A DNA stretch of 64,000 bases from Neoechinorhynchus agilis (taxonomy: Eukaryota; Animalia; Acanthocephala). The translations under genes and the position numbers were made by a program. The notes beneath the pieces are model-generated. The model was not told the origin of the DNA. It saw only the letters and a program-made list of their open reading frames with translations, and searched no databases. The DNA lies in contig CM121343.1 of NCBI GenBank assembly GCA_051530055.1, forward strand, positions 6,666,389 through 6,730,388, written 5' to 3'. Every line of letters begins with the position of its first letter. Within the stretch, counting starts at the first letter, position 1. Shown piece after piece: positions 62,825 to 64,000 of the stretch.

Positions 62825-64000
62825 TCGAGGACACCAATCGCCATCGATGCAAATAGATGAGCGCTGCAAGATCCTTGGTTACATGAGAAAGTGTGCTCGT
62901 GAGTGAATGTGAGTGGGCTTGTGTATAAGAATCGTTTTCGAGTGCGACTGTAACCGACGGAGTTTGTTTTTCAATTGGAATCGGCGTGAAAGGAATTTTT
63001 TTCATGATAATCAAATACACTTTGAAAACCGGAAAGCAATTGTGTAATAAGGTCTTTGAATAATTTATAAAATAGAAATATTGTACATTGAATTGGAAAT
63101 AGAAGCATACAGGGCATGGGCAATCGCCGATAATCGTTCAGTGGGCCGTAAGGCCTAAAAAATTACTTAAGCGGTTCAAATCTTCATTCAAGTCAAAGGA
63201 GCAGACTAATAAAAAATATCGAGAGATTGTGTTGTAGTAGTTTAGTTGAATCAATCATCCTTGTTAAACGGCTAAAAACCTCGTTCTTAGAAATAGCGCT
63301 GGAAATGAGTTGTCGTTTGAACATTCAACTAAATTGTTCTACTCATATTAATCCTGCGCTTTGAAGGTTACATTTTAATCGCTTCCTTCAAGTTATCCTT
63401 TTATAAAGATTAAGTTTCGCAATTACTCGTAGTGGTTCGCCGTTTCATGGAGTAATACGTCTTGAATCGGTTCGTTTGAATGTTTAAATTAGATTCATTC
63501 GTCAATATCGCTTGAGCTGATCAACGCTAATACCACCAATATTGTAATTACTTATACATTGAATGGTATTTGTATCAATATTCTCTTGGAACTAAGCTCT
63601 AAGCTTCTTGGACATTGTAAGTGATGCTCTAGAAAACAAACAAAACAGGTTTGGTTGAACAAGATAGCAACTTAAAAAAACTCAAAATGCCATAAAAATC
63701 ACTTTTGTTGCAACAGTTGATCATAAATTCATTAAAACTGCTCAAACTCAACATCCAATTTTTATAGAATATCTTTTGCAAGAATATCCCGAAATCTTTT
63801 TATATCTTAACAATAAAATTATTATTCAAAAACAACGTAAAACTATAAATTTTCCAACCAAGCAGATTGACTCGGTAATTGGTGAGGTCGGACCAAGCAC
63901 CGCATGATTTTTAACCAAGGTTGGAAAATGGTTGATCGCAACAACACTTAATGCAGCCAACTATTTTTATCTTAGAATCAGCGATTCAAGTAGGGAATGC

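Overview
This is AT-rich animal (metazoan) genomic DNA with compact genes whose introns are mostly 43-60 nt; there are no prokaryotic features. Recognisable genes are an NK1/slouch homeobox, LETM1, a secreted LRR protein, a PZP/PHD JADE/BRPF-like protein, MGMT (not assembled by the ORF track), PIG-P, a class III POU gene, ethanolamine kinase (7 exons, one 5.9-kb intron) and a G-alpha-s-like subunit with a long insertion. Between them lie decayed retroelements (Penelope-like RT/GIY-YIG, CRE-clade RT/RLE, an L2/CR1-like RT remnant), a 5'-damaged tRNA-Lys and at least seven tandem arrays. The most notable pattern is a recurring family of small non-coding elements carrying minimal type-I hammerhead-ribozyme motifs. 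They occur as fold-back palindromes with 12-14 bp target-site duplications and a one-sided tail of about 20-40 nt, as 87-89 bp tandem arrays, and at the 3' ends of the Penelope-like copies. Their stems co-vary between otherwise unrelated families. All coordinates, folds and splice calls were made by eye; self-cleavage, expression and the identity of the organism are not demonstrated.
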